Translations under genes and position numbers: made by a program
From: an uncultured Desulfobacter sp.
GTDB lineage: Bacteria > Desulfobacterota > Desulfobacteria > Desulfobacterales > Desulfobacteraceae
Length of the DNA stretch: 64,000 nt
Assembly (NCBI GenBank): GCA_963665095.1
Contig: OY762069.1
Span: forward strand, 352,001 to 416,000
Reading direction: 5' to 3'
In this document: piece by piece, positions 47,088 through 55,612 of the stretch
How the letters are laid out: each line of letters begins with the position of its first letter
Position numbering within the stretch: the stretch's first letter is position 1
Notes under the pieces: generated by a model
Seen by the model: the letters and a program-made list of their open reading frames with translations, nothing else
Told to the model about the DNA's origin: nothing
Database searches by the model: none

Positions 47088-48479
47088 TTATTCCGGAATG
47101 TCTGAGGTTGCTGCCAGTGTCTCATTCTTTTGTGCCGGGGGCGTGAAATATGTTTTAAGCATGTTCCGTGCATGGAAACAGGCCTTGGTACCGATATATT
47201 TGCGATGGCCGACCACAACGGCAACGATTAATGTGTTTTCTGTATTTTTTTTGCGTCCAAAACCGGTAAACCAGTCATATTTTACCGTATGCTCACGGTT
47301 GAAAAGGGATCCGGTTTTACCGCCAATCACAAGATTGGATAAAATTTTATCTCTGGAATATCCTCTGAATGCTTTTTTGGCCGTGCCCGACGTAACAGTC
47401 TTTTTCATTATCTTTATCATCTCGGCTGAAGTTTCCGGGCTGATAGGGGATTTATATATCTCTTTACGGCTTTTGTAAATCAGGTCTTCGCCCGCAGTGG
47501 TTATGTTGTCTACCAGGCGGGGAACCAGACTATGTCCTTTATTGACCACTGCTGAGACCATGGTCATGGCAAACACCGGTGAAATCATCGTGTCATTATT
47601 GAATCCGCATCCAAGCTCTGCCAGATGATAATCGCTTTCAGTCACGGAAAAACAGGGCTGGGGAAAGTCAAAATCTGTATCCGGATTCTGGTTGAATCCA
47701 AATTTATGGGCAAATTCATTGAGAGTTTCCCTTCCCAGCTCAAGTTTTCCCAGCTTGCCGAAAACAGGATTGATGGATTCGGCAAAGGCCTTTTCCATGG
47801 TTACATGATTGGTGTATTTGGTTTTCTGATCAGTCAGCTGCCTTTTATAAAGGGTGTATTTTCTACCGTTGTAATAAAGAGAAGTGCCTGCACTGTAGTC
47901 CAGAGTTTCCACTGCTGCAGCTGCCGTAACAATTTTAAAAAGACTGGCTGCCGGATAAATGGTTTTCGTGCAGGGATTGGTATCCGGGTCTTCCAGATCA
48001 AACCCGGCCATGGCTTTTATAAAACCTGTTTTTCCATCCATGGCCACCATGGCAATACGTTCGGGTCTGCCCCGGTCCAGGGTTTTAAGGTGGTTCAGGG
48101 TATTTATCAGCTCTGTCTGCAGCCGGGTGTCCAGGTGGGTATGGACGGTACAGGCCCGGGAGATGCTGTGGGTTTGAAAGTGATTTGTTTTTGCATTAAG
48201 AATATCAAGGTGCCGGATTAACTCTTTAACCGCTTGTTTCTCAAGATGTTCCGGCTTTTCTATTGTGTTGGTCTCTTTGGATATATTTTGTGGGGAGAGC
48301 AGATCTGCCAGCTTTGGCGCTACCTTGATACCCGCAATGATCAACAGACAGACTATAACGGTAATGATTGTTATGCCGGCCATCCGGCACAACAGCCTGA
48401 CAACAGACTTTTTTTTCTTTTGAAGAACGTAGTCTGCCTGGAGTTCGCGCCAGGAATTTTCTGTTTTAATAGAATGCAA
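47088..48479 (-). CDS. Penicillin-binding protein (transpeptidase domain with N-terminal TM anchor)
   Basis: SxxK (ASLFK), SxN (ESIN), KTG (GGKTGS). Confidence 0.9.
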   Translation of the reverse strand: MHSIKTENSWRELQADYVLQKKKKSVVRLLCRMAGITIITVIVCLLIIAGIKVAPKLADLLSPQNISKETNTIEKPEHLEKQAVKELIRHLDILNAKTNHFQTHSISRACTVHTHLDTRLQTELINTLNHLKTLDRGRPERIAMVAMDGKTGFIKAMAGFDLEDPDTNPCTKTIYPAASLFKIVTAAAAVETLDYSAGTSLYYNGRKYTLYKRQLTDQKTKYTNHVTMEKAFAESINPVFGKLGKLELGRETLNEFAHKFGFNQNPDTDFDFPQPCFSVTESDYHLAELGCGFNNDTMISPVFAMTMVSAVVNKGHSLVPRLVDNITTAGEDLIYKSRKEIYKSPISPETSAEMIKIMKKTVTSGTAKKAFRGYSRDKILSNLVIGGKTGSLFNREHTVKYDWFTGFGRKKNTENTLIVAVVVGHRKYIGTKACFHARNMLKTYFTPPAQKNETLAATSDIPE

Positions 48480-48513
48480 AAGATTGTCTCAAAGTAAATA
48501 TACCTGTAAACAT

Positions 48514-50424
48514 TTATTTAATCTGGCAACCGGGCTTTACTTGTCCGTTGAACCCTGACAGTATGAGATCCTTTTTCACACTGCCGGCAAGAACCATCCC
48601 CTGGGATAATACGCCCATGAGTTTAACCGGCTTTAAATTGGCCACCACAATCACCTCTTTTCCCACCACCTCTTCCGGCGTATATGATTTGCCTATGCCG
48701 GCTACAATTTGCCGGGTTTCAGCACTGAGGTCCACCTGCAGTTTGAGCAGCTTATCTGATTTTTCGATCCGTTCGGCGGACAAAATAATACCTGCCCTCA
48801 GATCAACCTTTGAAAAATCCTCAATGGTTATTTCATCTTTCAATGCCGGTTTAAACGGTCTGCGGGCCGGTGCTGCCGCAGGCTCTTTTTTAATCTCCAC
48901 CCGTGGAAAAAGAATGGGGGGCTTATTTAATGTAATCCCGGCAGGGATCTGGCCCCAGGGCCGGATATCTTCCATAGAAGAATACCCGCAAGAGGGCATT
49001 TCAAGTCCCAACGCGGCAATCATTTTTGCACTGGTTTCCGGCATCACGGGCCAGATCAGACCTGCCACCGTACGAAGCCCTTCCAAAAGTTCATAGAGCA
49101 CGGTGCCAAGGTCGCCGGTGCGGGCCTCATCCTTGGCCAGAGCCCATGGTTCATTGGTGTCAACATATTTGTTCATGATTGATACCAGTTCCCAGACACA
49201 GGACAGGGCATTGTGAAATTTGCATTCAGCCATGGCTGCCTTATATCCTTCAATCACCCCAGCTGTCTGGGATTCCAGGCTTAAACCGCTGTCGGAATCG
49301 GGATCAATGCCCTGGACTGTACCCTTGAAGTACCTGTGGTTCATGGACAGCACCCTGGAAAAAAGGTTGCCCAGGTCATTGGCAAGATCTGAGTTGATCC
49401 GTGCCACCATGGCATCTTCGGTGAAATTGGCATCCAGCCCGAACACCATCTCCCGCATGAGAAAATAGCGGAAGGCATCCACGCCGAACTGGCCTGTCAC
49501 TTCAACCGGGTCTGTCACATTCCCAATGCTTTTGGACATCTTTGAGCCCTGAACATTCCAGAAGCCATGGACATTGAGCCCGTTGTAGATATCAATACCG
49601 GCGGCTTTGAGCATGATGGGCCAGTAAATACCGTGGGGTTTGATAATATCCTTGGCCACAAAGTGCCGGGTGGTGGGCCAGAATTTTTTGAATTTTTCCC
49701 CGTCCGGATAGCCTAAGGCGGTAATATAGTTTACCAGGGCGTCAAACCAGACATAGGTGACGTAATCCTCATCAAAGGGCAGGGTGATGCCCCAGGTGAG
49801 CCGGGTTTTGGGCCGGGAGATGCAAAGATCTTCCAGGGGCTCTTTTAAAAAGGAGAGCAGCTCTTTTCTGTACTGCTCGGGCCGGATAAAATCGGGATGG
49901 GTGTTGATGTGGTCAATGAGCCACTCCTGGTACTTGCTCATTTTGAAAAAATAGTTCGACTCTTTGATAGTCTCAGGAACAGTGCCGTGGTCCGGACATT
50001 TGCCATCCACAAGCTCACGCTCCTGGTAAAACCGTTCACACCCGAAGCAGTAAATTCCCTCATAGCTTGAAAAATAGATGTCACCTTTGTCATAAATGGT
50101 GGACAGCACCAGTTTCACCACCTCAATGTGCTTGGGGTCTGTTGTCCGGATAAATTGGCTATTCTCAATATTGAGAAGGGGCAGAAGATCCTGAAACAGC
50201 TGGCTGATTTTATCGGCATATGCCTTGGGGGAGGTGTTTTCTTTTTCTGCGGCCTGGACAATTTTATCTCCGTGTTCATCCGTGCCTGTCAGAAAAAAGG
50301 TGTCCATCCCTTCCATTTTTTTGAACCGGGTGGAGACATCTGCTGCAATGGAGGTATAGGCATGCCCTAGGTGGGGTTTGGCATTCACATAGTAAATCGG
50401 GGTGGTATAATACTGGCAGCTCAT
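48514..50424 (-). CDS. metG: Methionyl-tRNA synthetase with C-terminal tRNA-binding domain
   Basis: TTPIYYVNAKPHLGHAY, TGTDEHG, YVWFDAL, KMSKS, C-terminal VDLR...NLKP...SQGM. Confidence 0.97.
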   Translation of the reverse strand: MSCQYYTTPIYYVNAKPHLGHAYTSIAADVSTRFKKMEGMDTFFLTGTDEHGDKIVQAAEKENTSPKAYADKISQLFQDLLPLLNIENSQFIRTTDPKHIEVVKLVLSTIYDKGDIYFSSYEGIYCFGCERFYQERELVDGKCPDHGTVPETIKESNYFFKMSKYQEWLIDHINTHPDFIRPEQYRKELLSFLKEPLEDLCISRPKTRLTWGITLPFDEDYVTYVWFDALVNYITALGYPDGEKFKKFWPTTRHFVAKDIIKPHGIYWPIMLKAAGIDIYNGLNVHGFWNVQGSKMSKSIGNVTDPVEVTGQFGVDAFRYFLMREMVFGLDANFTEDAMVARINSDLANDLGNLFSRVLSMNHRYFKGTVQGIDPDSDSGLSLESQTAGVIEGYKAAMAECKFHNALSCVWELVSIMNKYVDTNEPWALAKDEARTGDLGTVLYELLEGLRTVAGLIWPVMPETSAKMIAALGLEMPSCGYSSMEDIRPWGQIPAGITLNKPPILFPRVEIKKEPAAAPARRPFKPALKDEITIEDFSKVDLRAGIILSAERIEKSDKLLKLQVDLSAETRQIVAGIGKSYTPEEVVGKEVIVVANLKPVKLMGVLSQGMVLAGSVKKDLILSGFNGQVKPGCQIK

Positions 50425-50444
50425 GGTTCTTTTACGTTCCTAAG

Positions 50445-51236
50445 TTATTCAGTTTTCAGTTCTGACAGAAGAATTTCTTTTTCCGTGTGGTCTTCAAGCC
50501 TGAGGGTGATGCTCTGTTTTAATACATTCTGTCGGACCACTTTGCCCTTCACATCCTGGATTGAAACGGTCTTTCCCATTTTGGGCATTTGTTTGCGGTA
50601 ATGACGGTATGTCTGGTTCTCAAAGGTCAGACAGCACATAAGCCGGCCGCACACCCCTGAAATTTTGGTGGGATTCAGGGAGAGCCCCTGCTCCTTTGCC
50701 ATTTTAATGGAAACCGGCTCAAAGGAGTGCATAAATGAAGAACAGCATAGTTCCCTGCCGCATTTGCCTAACCCGCCCACATGTTTGGACAGGTTGCGGA
50801 TGCCGACCTGGCGCATTTCAATGCGGATGCTGTACTCTTTGACCAGTAGCTTGATCAGCTCCCGAAAGTCAATCCTGCCGTCAGCTGTGTAGAAAAATGT
50901 CAGCTTGTTCCGGTCAAAGGTGCTTTCCACGCTGAACAGATTCATCAAAAGGCCAAGGTCGTTGATGCACTGGATGCAGAAATCATGGGCTCTCTTCTCC
51001 AGGGCTATCAGCTCTTCACGACGTAAAAAATCTTTATCCGTTGCCAGTCTGACAATATTTTTTAAGGTACTTTCATCTTTATCTTTTTCAGCAACCTGCG
51101 TGGCAACGACGCCAAACCCCAAGCCCTGTTCAGTTTCAACAATAACCCGGTCACCCGGGGTCAGGACAAGGGCATTGCTATTAAAATCATATATTTTCCC
51201 TGCGGTCTTAAATTTTACACCGGCAATATTCACCAT
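50445..51236 (-). CDS. PSP1/RicT (YaaT, stage 0 sporulation) family protein
   Basis: FYTADGRIDFRELIK, RIEMRQVG, CGRELCC, MAKEQGLSLNPTKISGVCGRLMCCL; holB-PSP1-metG gene order. Confidence 0.93.
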   Translation of the reverse strand: MVNIAGVKFKTAGKIYDFNSNALVLTPGDRVIVETEQGLGFGVVATQVAEKDKDESTLKNIVRLATDKDFLRREELIALEKRAHDFCIQCINDLGLLMNLFSVESTFDRNKLTFFYTADGRIDFRELIKLLVKEYSIRIEMRQVGIRNLSKHVGGLGKCGRELCCSSFMHSFEPVSIKMAKEQGLSLNPTKISGVCGRLMCCLTFENQTYRHYRKQMPKMGKTVSIQDVKGKVVRQNVLKQSITLRLEDHTEKEILLSELKTE

Positions 51237-51253
51237 AAAAATCGACCCTTTAT

Positions 51254-52324
51254 TTAACTCAAAGACATGGCCAGGAAAAAGCGGTCAAGTGTCAATCTTG
51301 TTCCGCTGTTGGATGCCAGTCTTTTCTCTGTGTCATAGAATTGTGCCATCCATGCCAGTTTTTCCGGATAGGCATGCGCCACACTAATATCTGTAAATGA
51401 ATCGAAAAAATCAAGGTTTACTATTTGATCCGGGGCGTACTCAAGCACGCAAAGATCTCTGAAAACGGTGCGGATCACGGCCATAGAATCGGATACCAGT
51501 TCCGGACGGGCAGATAAAAGTCTGGATAAATCAAGGCCTTGGAATGCACAATGGTGTAAAGGACCCTGCAGGAGACTACACACGTTTCTGATCAGCCAGG
51601 GGCGAAGTTCTTTCCAGTCAGGGACAATATTTTTTGTTTTTTCCCTGGCTGTCTCGGTATCAATTTTTCCGGCCAGGCCGGCAAGCCTAAGCGCAAGGTT
51701 CAGGTCGCTGCCGGCTGTACCGCTGAAAATGTGAGCGCTGTGGGCGTCAAGATGGTACCGGGCACACAACATCTGTTTGATATCCCGGCTGGCAGGCGCA
51801 GGAAAGTCAATACGCCGACATCTGGACAGAATCGTGGGCAGAAGCGGGGATGTCTGCTCTGCCGTGAGGATGAAAAAGGTACTGCCCGGCGGCTCCTCAA
51901 GCATTTTGAGAAGGGCATTCTGGGCCTGGGGATTCATCAGTTCCGCATGGTGGATGCAGACCATTCTGTGTGCGGCCTCATTGGCGCGGGACGCAATCAC
52001 TTTCCCCATTTCCCGGATCTGGGAAATGGTAATCACCTTTTTGTTCTCTTCCGGGCCGACAATAATCATATCCGGATGCATGCCTGCATTTATTTTTTTA
52101 CAGGACAGGCAGATATTGCAGGGCTTTTTCCCCTCGGCACGGCAGTTACAGGCCTTGGCAAAGAAATAGGCCGCCTGTTTCCTGCCGGTTCCCTCAGGCC
52201 CGTGAAAAAGCAGCGCATTGGGAATCCGGCCGGTCTGAACAATATGATTTAATTCAGATAAAGACGAAAAGGCCGGGATCTCATCCCGGATAGTATCGGA
52301 AGGTGCAGGATCAAAATTTTGCAT
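51254..52324 (-). CDS. holB: DNA polymerase III delta-prime subunit
   Basis: ALLFHGPEGTG, Zn motif C...PCNICLSC, HPD, AQNALLKMLEEP, LPTILSRC. Confidence 0.92.
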   Translation of the reverse strand: MQNFDPAPSDTIRDEIPAFSSLSELNHIVQTGRIPNALLFHGPEGTGRKQAAYFFAKACNCRAEGKKPCNICLSCKKINAGMHPDMIIVGPEENKKVITISQIREMGKVIASRANEAAHRMVCIHHAELMNPQAQNALLKMLEEPPGSTFFILTAEQTSPLLPTILSRCRRIDFPAPASRDIKQMLCARYHLDAHSAHIFSGTAGSDLNLALRLAGLAGKIDTETAREKTKNIVPDWKELRPWLIRNVCSLLQGPLHHCAFQGLDLSRLLSARPELVSDSMAVIRTVFRDLCVLEYAPDQIVNLDFFDSFTDISVAHAYPEKLAWMAQFYDTEKRLASNSGTRLTLDRFFLAMSLS

Positions 52325-52339
52325 GTTTTGATCATTGGA

Positions 52340-52615
52340 CTAATAATCGACCCGCTCCTTGAGTTCTTTACCGCATTTGAAAAACGGCAGTCGCTTGGGA
52401 GGGATATCGACTTTCTGTCCGGTTTTGGGGTTTCTGCCCACATAGCTTTTATATTCTTTGATATGAAAGCTGCACAGCCCTCTTATTTCAACCCGTTCCC
52501 CTTTGACAAAGGAATCGGACAGAGAGTCAAAAAAGATTTTAATAACTTCAGCGGCCTCTGATTTGGTCAGATTGGCCCGTTCTTTCAATGTGGAAATCAA
52601 TTCAAGTTTATTCAT
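52340..52615 (-). CDS. Integration host factor beta-like/HU family protein
   Basis: MNKLELI, GERVEIRGLCSF, GRNPKTG, PFFKCGKELKERVD. Confidence 0.92.
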   Translation of the reverse strand: MNKLELISTLKERANLTKSEAAEVIKIFFDSLSDSFVKGERVEIRGLCSFHIKEYKSYVGRNPKTGQKVDIPPKRLPFFKCGKELKERVDY

Positions 52616-52654
52616 GGAACCTCAAATATATTAACAGCTTAATGGTTTTTAGGG

Positions 52655-52683
52655 GTTTTAATGAATATGCAATAAAAAGTCAA
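52655..52683 (-). promoter_or_regulatory. Possible internal sigma-70 promoter for ihf-holB-PSP1-metG
   Basis: Minus strand TTGACT-17 nt-TAAAAC about 40 nt upstream of the ihf ATG. Confidence 0.4.
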
Positions 52684-52687
52684 GGGC

Positions 52688-53212
52688 TTATGAAAGCAGG
52701 TCGGGGATTTTTTCAACATTGTCCAAATCCACCTCTACGCCTGCATAGCGGCCGAGCAGATCTACTTTAATAATAACCCGTCCCTGACCCTTATGTTCAA
52801 AAAATTCTCCTTTCAGTCCGGCCATGGGACCTTCAAGAATCATGACCGGGTCCCCCTTTTTCAACTGGATAATGGCGCCTGTGATCAGATCCTGGTCAAC
52901 AGATGTCAAAAGTTTTAAGGATTCAATCTGCTGTTCGGGTACAGCCACCGGCCCCTGAGAATTCCCGATCAGTCTTACCGCCCCCACTGTTTTTAAAATG
53001 GGCAGCTGGTCTGCCGGCGTTTTTGTGGATTTGACAAATACATACCCTGGAAACAGCGGGGTTTCAATCATTAGTTTGCGGTCTTTGCGGCGGCTGGGTT
53101 TCCTGGTTTTAGGAAGAAATGCATCAATTTTTTTCATGCAGATGCGTGAATACACGGTCTGCTCAAAATTGCTCCGGGTTAACAGGGCAAACCACTGGGT
53201 AGTATTTTTCAT
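52688..53212 (-). CDS. NusG-paralogue transcription antiterminator (UpxY/RfaH/LoaP type)
   Basis: WFALLTRSNFE, PLFPGYVFV, KOW GDPVMILEGPMAGLKG; overlaps the lptD stop (ATGA). Confidence 0.88.
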   Translation of the reverse strand: MKNTTQWFALLTRSNFEQTVYSRICMKKIDAFLPKTRKPSRRKDRKLMIETPLFPGYVFVKSTKTPADQLPILKTVGAVRLIGNSQGPVAVPEQQIESLKLLTSVDQDLITGAIIQLKKGDPVMILEGPMAGLKGEFFEHKGQGRVIIKVDLLGRYAGVEVDLDNVEKIPDLLS

Positions 53213-55431
53213 TGGGTACCAAACTCTCCTATACCCTTTAAGGTTACCATAAACGTAAAGGACTTGTCGTCTGATTCTTTTTTATACCCTAAACGCAATG
53301 CCCAGCAGGGCCGGTTAAAGATAAAGCCTGCGCAGGTTTCAATGGTTGACTTGTCCTCTAAATCCTTTTCAAAAGAGTAATAGGCCTGCAGGGTATTTGA
53401 AAGCAGGTTGATATTAAATTTTGTGTACCAGGTGTGCAACGTATCCTCGGTGTACCGGTAGGCAGTGTAAATACTGTCCTGCCTTTTATCCCTGAGTGTG
53501 CCACCTAGCCAGAACCTGGTGAAATCCCGGGTGTTGGGGTCGAAGGCAACAGTGCCCTTAGCAGTCAGGTATCCGGAAGGGTTCAGTTCATATTTCAGCG
53601 TCAGATCCTGCCAGGGATCATCTTGGGCATTCTTTTTGTCCCTTTCATAGCGGATGTCATACTCCTGAAAAAGTTTGAGCCAGAGCAGCTCTTTATACAC
53701 GCTGGACGCTTCTTTTTTATCATTGAAAACTGTTCGTCTCGATGTGAACGTATGGGTTAATGACCAGGTGATGACATTTTTTTCTGAAATATCATCCAGG
53801 GAATCAAAGTAGGGCAGGTCTTCCTGGTCCACATCCGGGATGTAGTCATATTCCAGTTTGGGAACAATCTCGTGTTTTATTTTTTCAGCAAAATCCGTAT
53901 TCAGGGTAAAGACACGGTTTAAGGATATTGACAAATCCATGCCCAGCTCATACAGCCCCCGGGATCTGGTATCAGAATCATCCCCGTCATCATCACAGAA
54001 GTCGTCAGTATGCCAGAAGGTCCCCCTGATACCGGCATAGGGCTCAAAAAACAGTGATTTCCCCAGCTTGACCGGATAATAAAAGGTTGGGTGGATGTCC
54101 ATTCTCTGGCCATTCACCTTTGTGGCGGTGGTGTCCTGGCGGTAAAAAGATTTTAACTGCGTATTCATTTTGTAGTACAGCCCGGTCGGACCGATCTTTT
54201 GCCTTACACCGTCCAGCGTCAGGGATGGCAGGGTCTGCAGGGTGGTGTCATCGGCGTCGGTCTGCCGGGCCTTGACATTGTCATACCAGAGCGCCTGCAT
54301 ATTCAGGCTGTATGCACTCCAGTTCCTTGTGACAAGCAGGCTGTTTTTACGTGTATAATCGTTGTATTCATCTATATCCCGGCCGAACATTTTTGCAAAT
54401 GCCGCATCTGTTTCATCGTATCCGGTAAAACCGTCCTGGAAATCCAGCAGAAAATCCGCATCAGAGACATAATCAATATCGAGCTTGGCATTGAATCCAT
54501 AGCCTAAATTCTGGTCATGTTTCATCCGGATCCAGTACCTGTCCTGGTTGGTGCGGTCAGGCGTGGTGGCAAAACTGTAATCCTCATTTTCATTTGTGCC
54601 GTCTCCAATGGTGTCATCCTTAAGGTAATCAGCCATGATCATGCCGCGGGATTCCTCAGGGAGCATATACCTGTATTCACCGGAGAGCATAACGCCTCTG
54701 TCAGACATATAATAGCTGTAAAGGGTGGCATCCATACTGTCAGACAGGGCCAGAAACAGCGGCTGCTGATATTCAATACCTTTACTGTCGGAATTCCCGG
54801 CCATGGGCAGCAGCAGGCCTGTCTGGCGGGTGGTTTTGGCAGGAAAAATAAAGTAGGGCGAATAAAGCAGGGGCATTTTTTTTGCCCATAACGTGGCATG
54901 GCTGGTGCGGCCATATCCGTCAATGGTCACCTCAATGTCTTTTCCCGTGATCTTCCAGTCCGGCTGGTCTCCGCTGCAGGTGGTAATGGTACCTTCCACG
55001 GCATCATAGGTGAACTCACCGGTTTTGCGCAGTGTCTGGCCTGAAATATAGTAGTTGCCGTCCTGCAGGAAAATGGTGCCGTTGTGAATAATGCCGGTCT
55101 CCTTGGCCAGGTTGACCTGCATGGATTCACAGGTGATGGTGTCTTTCCCTGAAATAAACAGAACATGGCCTTTGGCAAAGGCTTCTTTCGTATCATCGGA
55201 AAATTCAACATAATCCGTTTCAATACGGGTCTGGCCCCCGGTGATCACTACCTCATCTTCGGCAATATAGCGCTTGCTTTTATTGTCGTAGCTGACCTGT
55301 CTGGCCTGGATATTCCAGGATACCTTTTGACTGGGTAGTGAGCCGGTGAAACACAGCGCCTGGCTGTGAAAATATAATAAAACAGCCAGGGCTGAAAACA
55401 CCTGGCACAGCGTTCTTTTCCATGAAACCAT
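53209..55431 (-). CDS. lptD: LPS-assembly protein LptD (OstA family)
   Basis: Signal peptide, OstA-like N-terminus, ITTC...PDWKI, PYFIFPAKTTRQTGLLLP, VSDADF, KHEIVP, CW, TLKGIG. Confidence 0.88.
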   Translation of the reverse strand: MVSWKRTLCQVFSALAVLLYFHSQALCFTGSLPSQKVSWNIQARQVSYDNKSKRYIAEDEVVITGGQTRIETDYVEFSDDTKEAFAKGHVLFISGKDTITCESMQVNLAKETGIIHNGTIFLQDGNYYISGQTLRKTGEFTYDAVEGTITTCSGDQPDWKITGKDIEVTIDGYGRTSHATLWAKKMPLLYSPYFIFPAKTTRQTGLLLPMAGNSDSKGIEYQQPLFLALSDSMDATLYSYYMSDRGVMLSGEYRYMLPEESRGMIMADYLKDDTIGDGTNENEDYSFATTPDRTNQDRYWIRMKHDQNLGYGFNAKLDIDYVSDADFLLDFQDGFTGYDETDAAFAKMFGRDIDEYNDYTRKNSLLVTRNWSAYSLNMQALWYDNVKARQTDADDTTLQTLPSLTLDGVRQKIGPTGLYYKMNTQLKSFYRQDTTATKVNGQRMDIHPTFYYPVKLGKSLFFEPYAGIRGTFWHTDDFCDDDGDDSDTRSRGLYELGMDLSISLNRVFTLNTDFAEKIKHEIVPKLEYDYIPDVDQEDLPYFDSLDDISEKNVITWSLTHTFTSRRTVFNDKKEASSVYKELLWLKLFQEYDIRYERDKKNAQDDPWQDLTLKYELNPSGYLTAKGTVAFDPNTRDFTRFWLGGTLRDKRQDSIYTAYRYTEDTLHTWYTKFNINLLSNTLQAYYSFEKDLEDKSTIETCAGFIFNRPCWALRLGYKKESDDKSFTFMVTLKGIGEFGTQ

Positions 55432-55612
55432 AAAGGGGATGAACGGTCCTGTTTAATAAATTGCACATCAATAAAAATTACTGTATAAAGCCATTTTATA
55501 CTTGAAAAGTCAAGGCGGCCGCTGAAATTAGCCCCTTAGCCGGATCCGGGTTGCCTGAACAAAAGATTCTGATGAGATATGGGCCCGGACAGCCGGTATA
55601 GAAAGGATAAAC

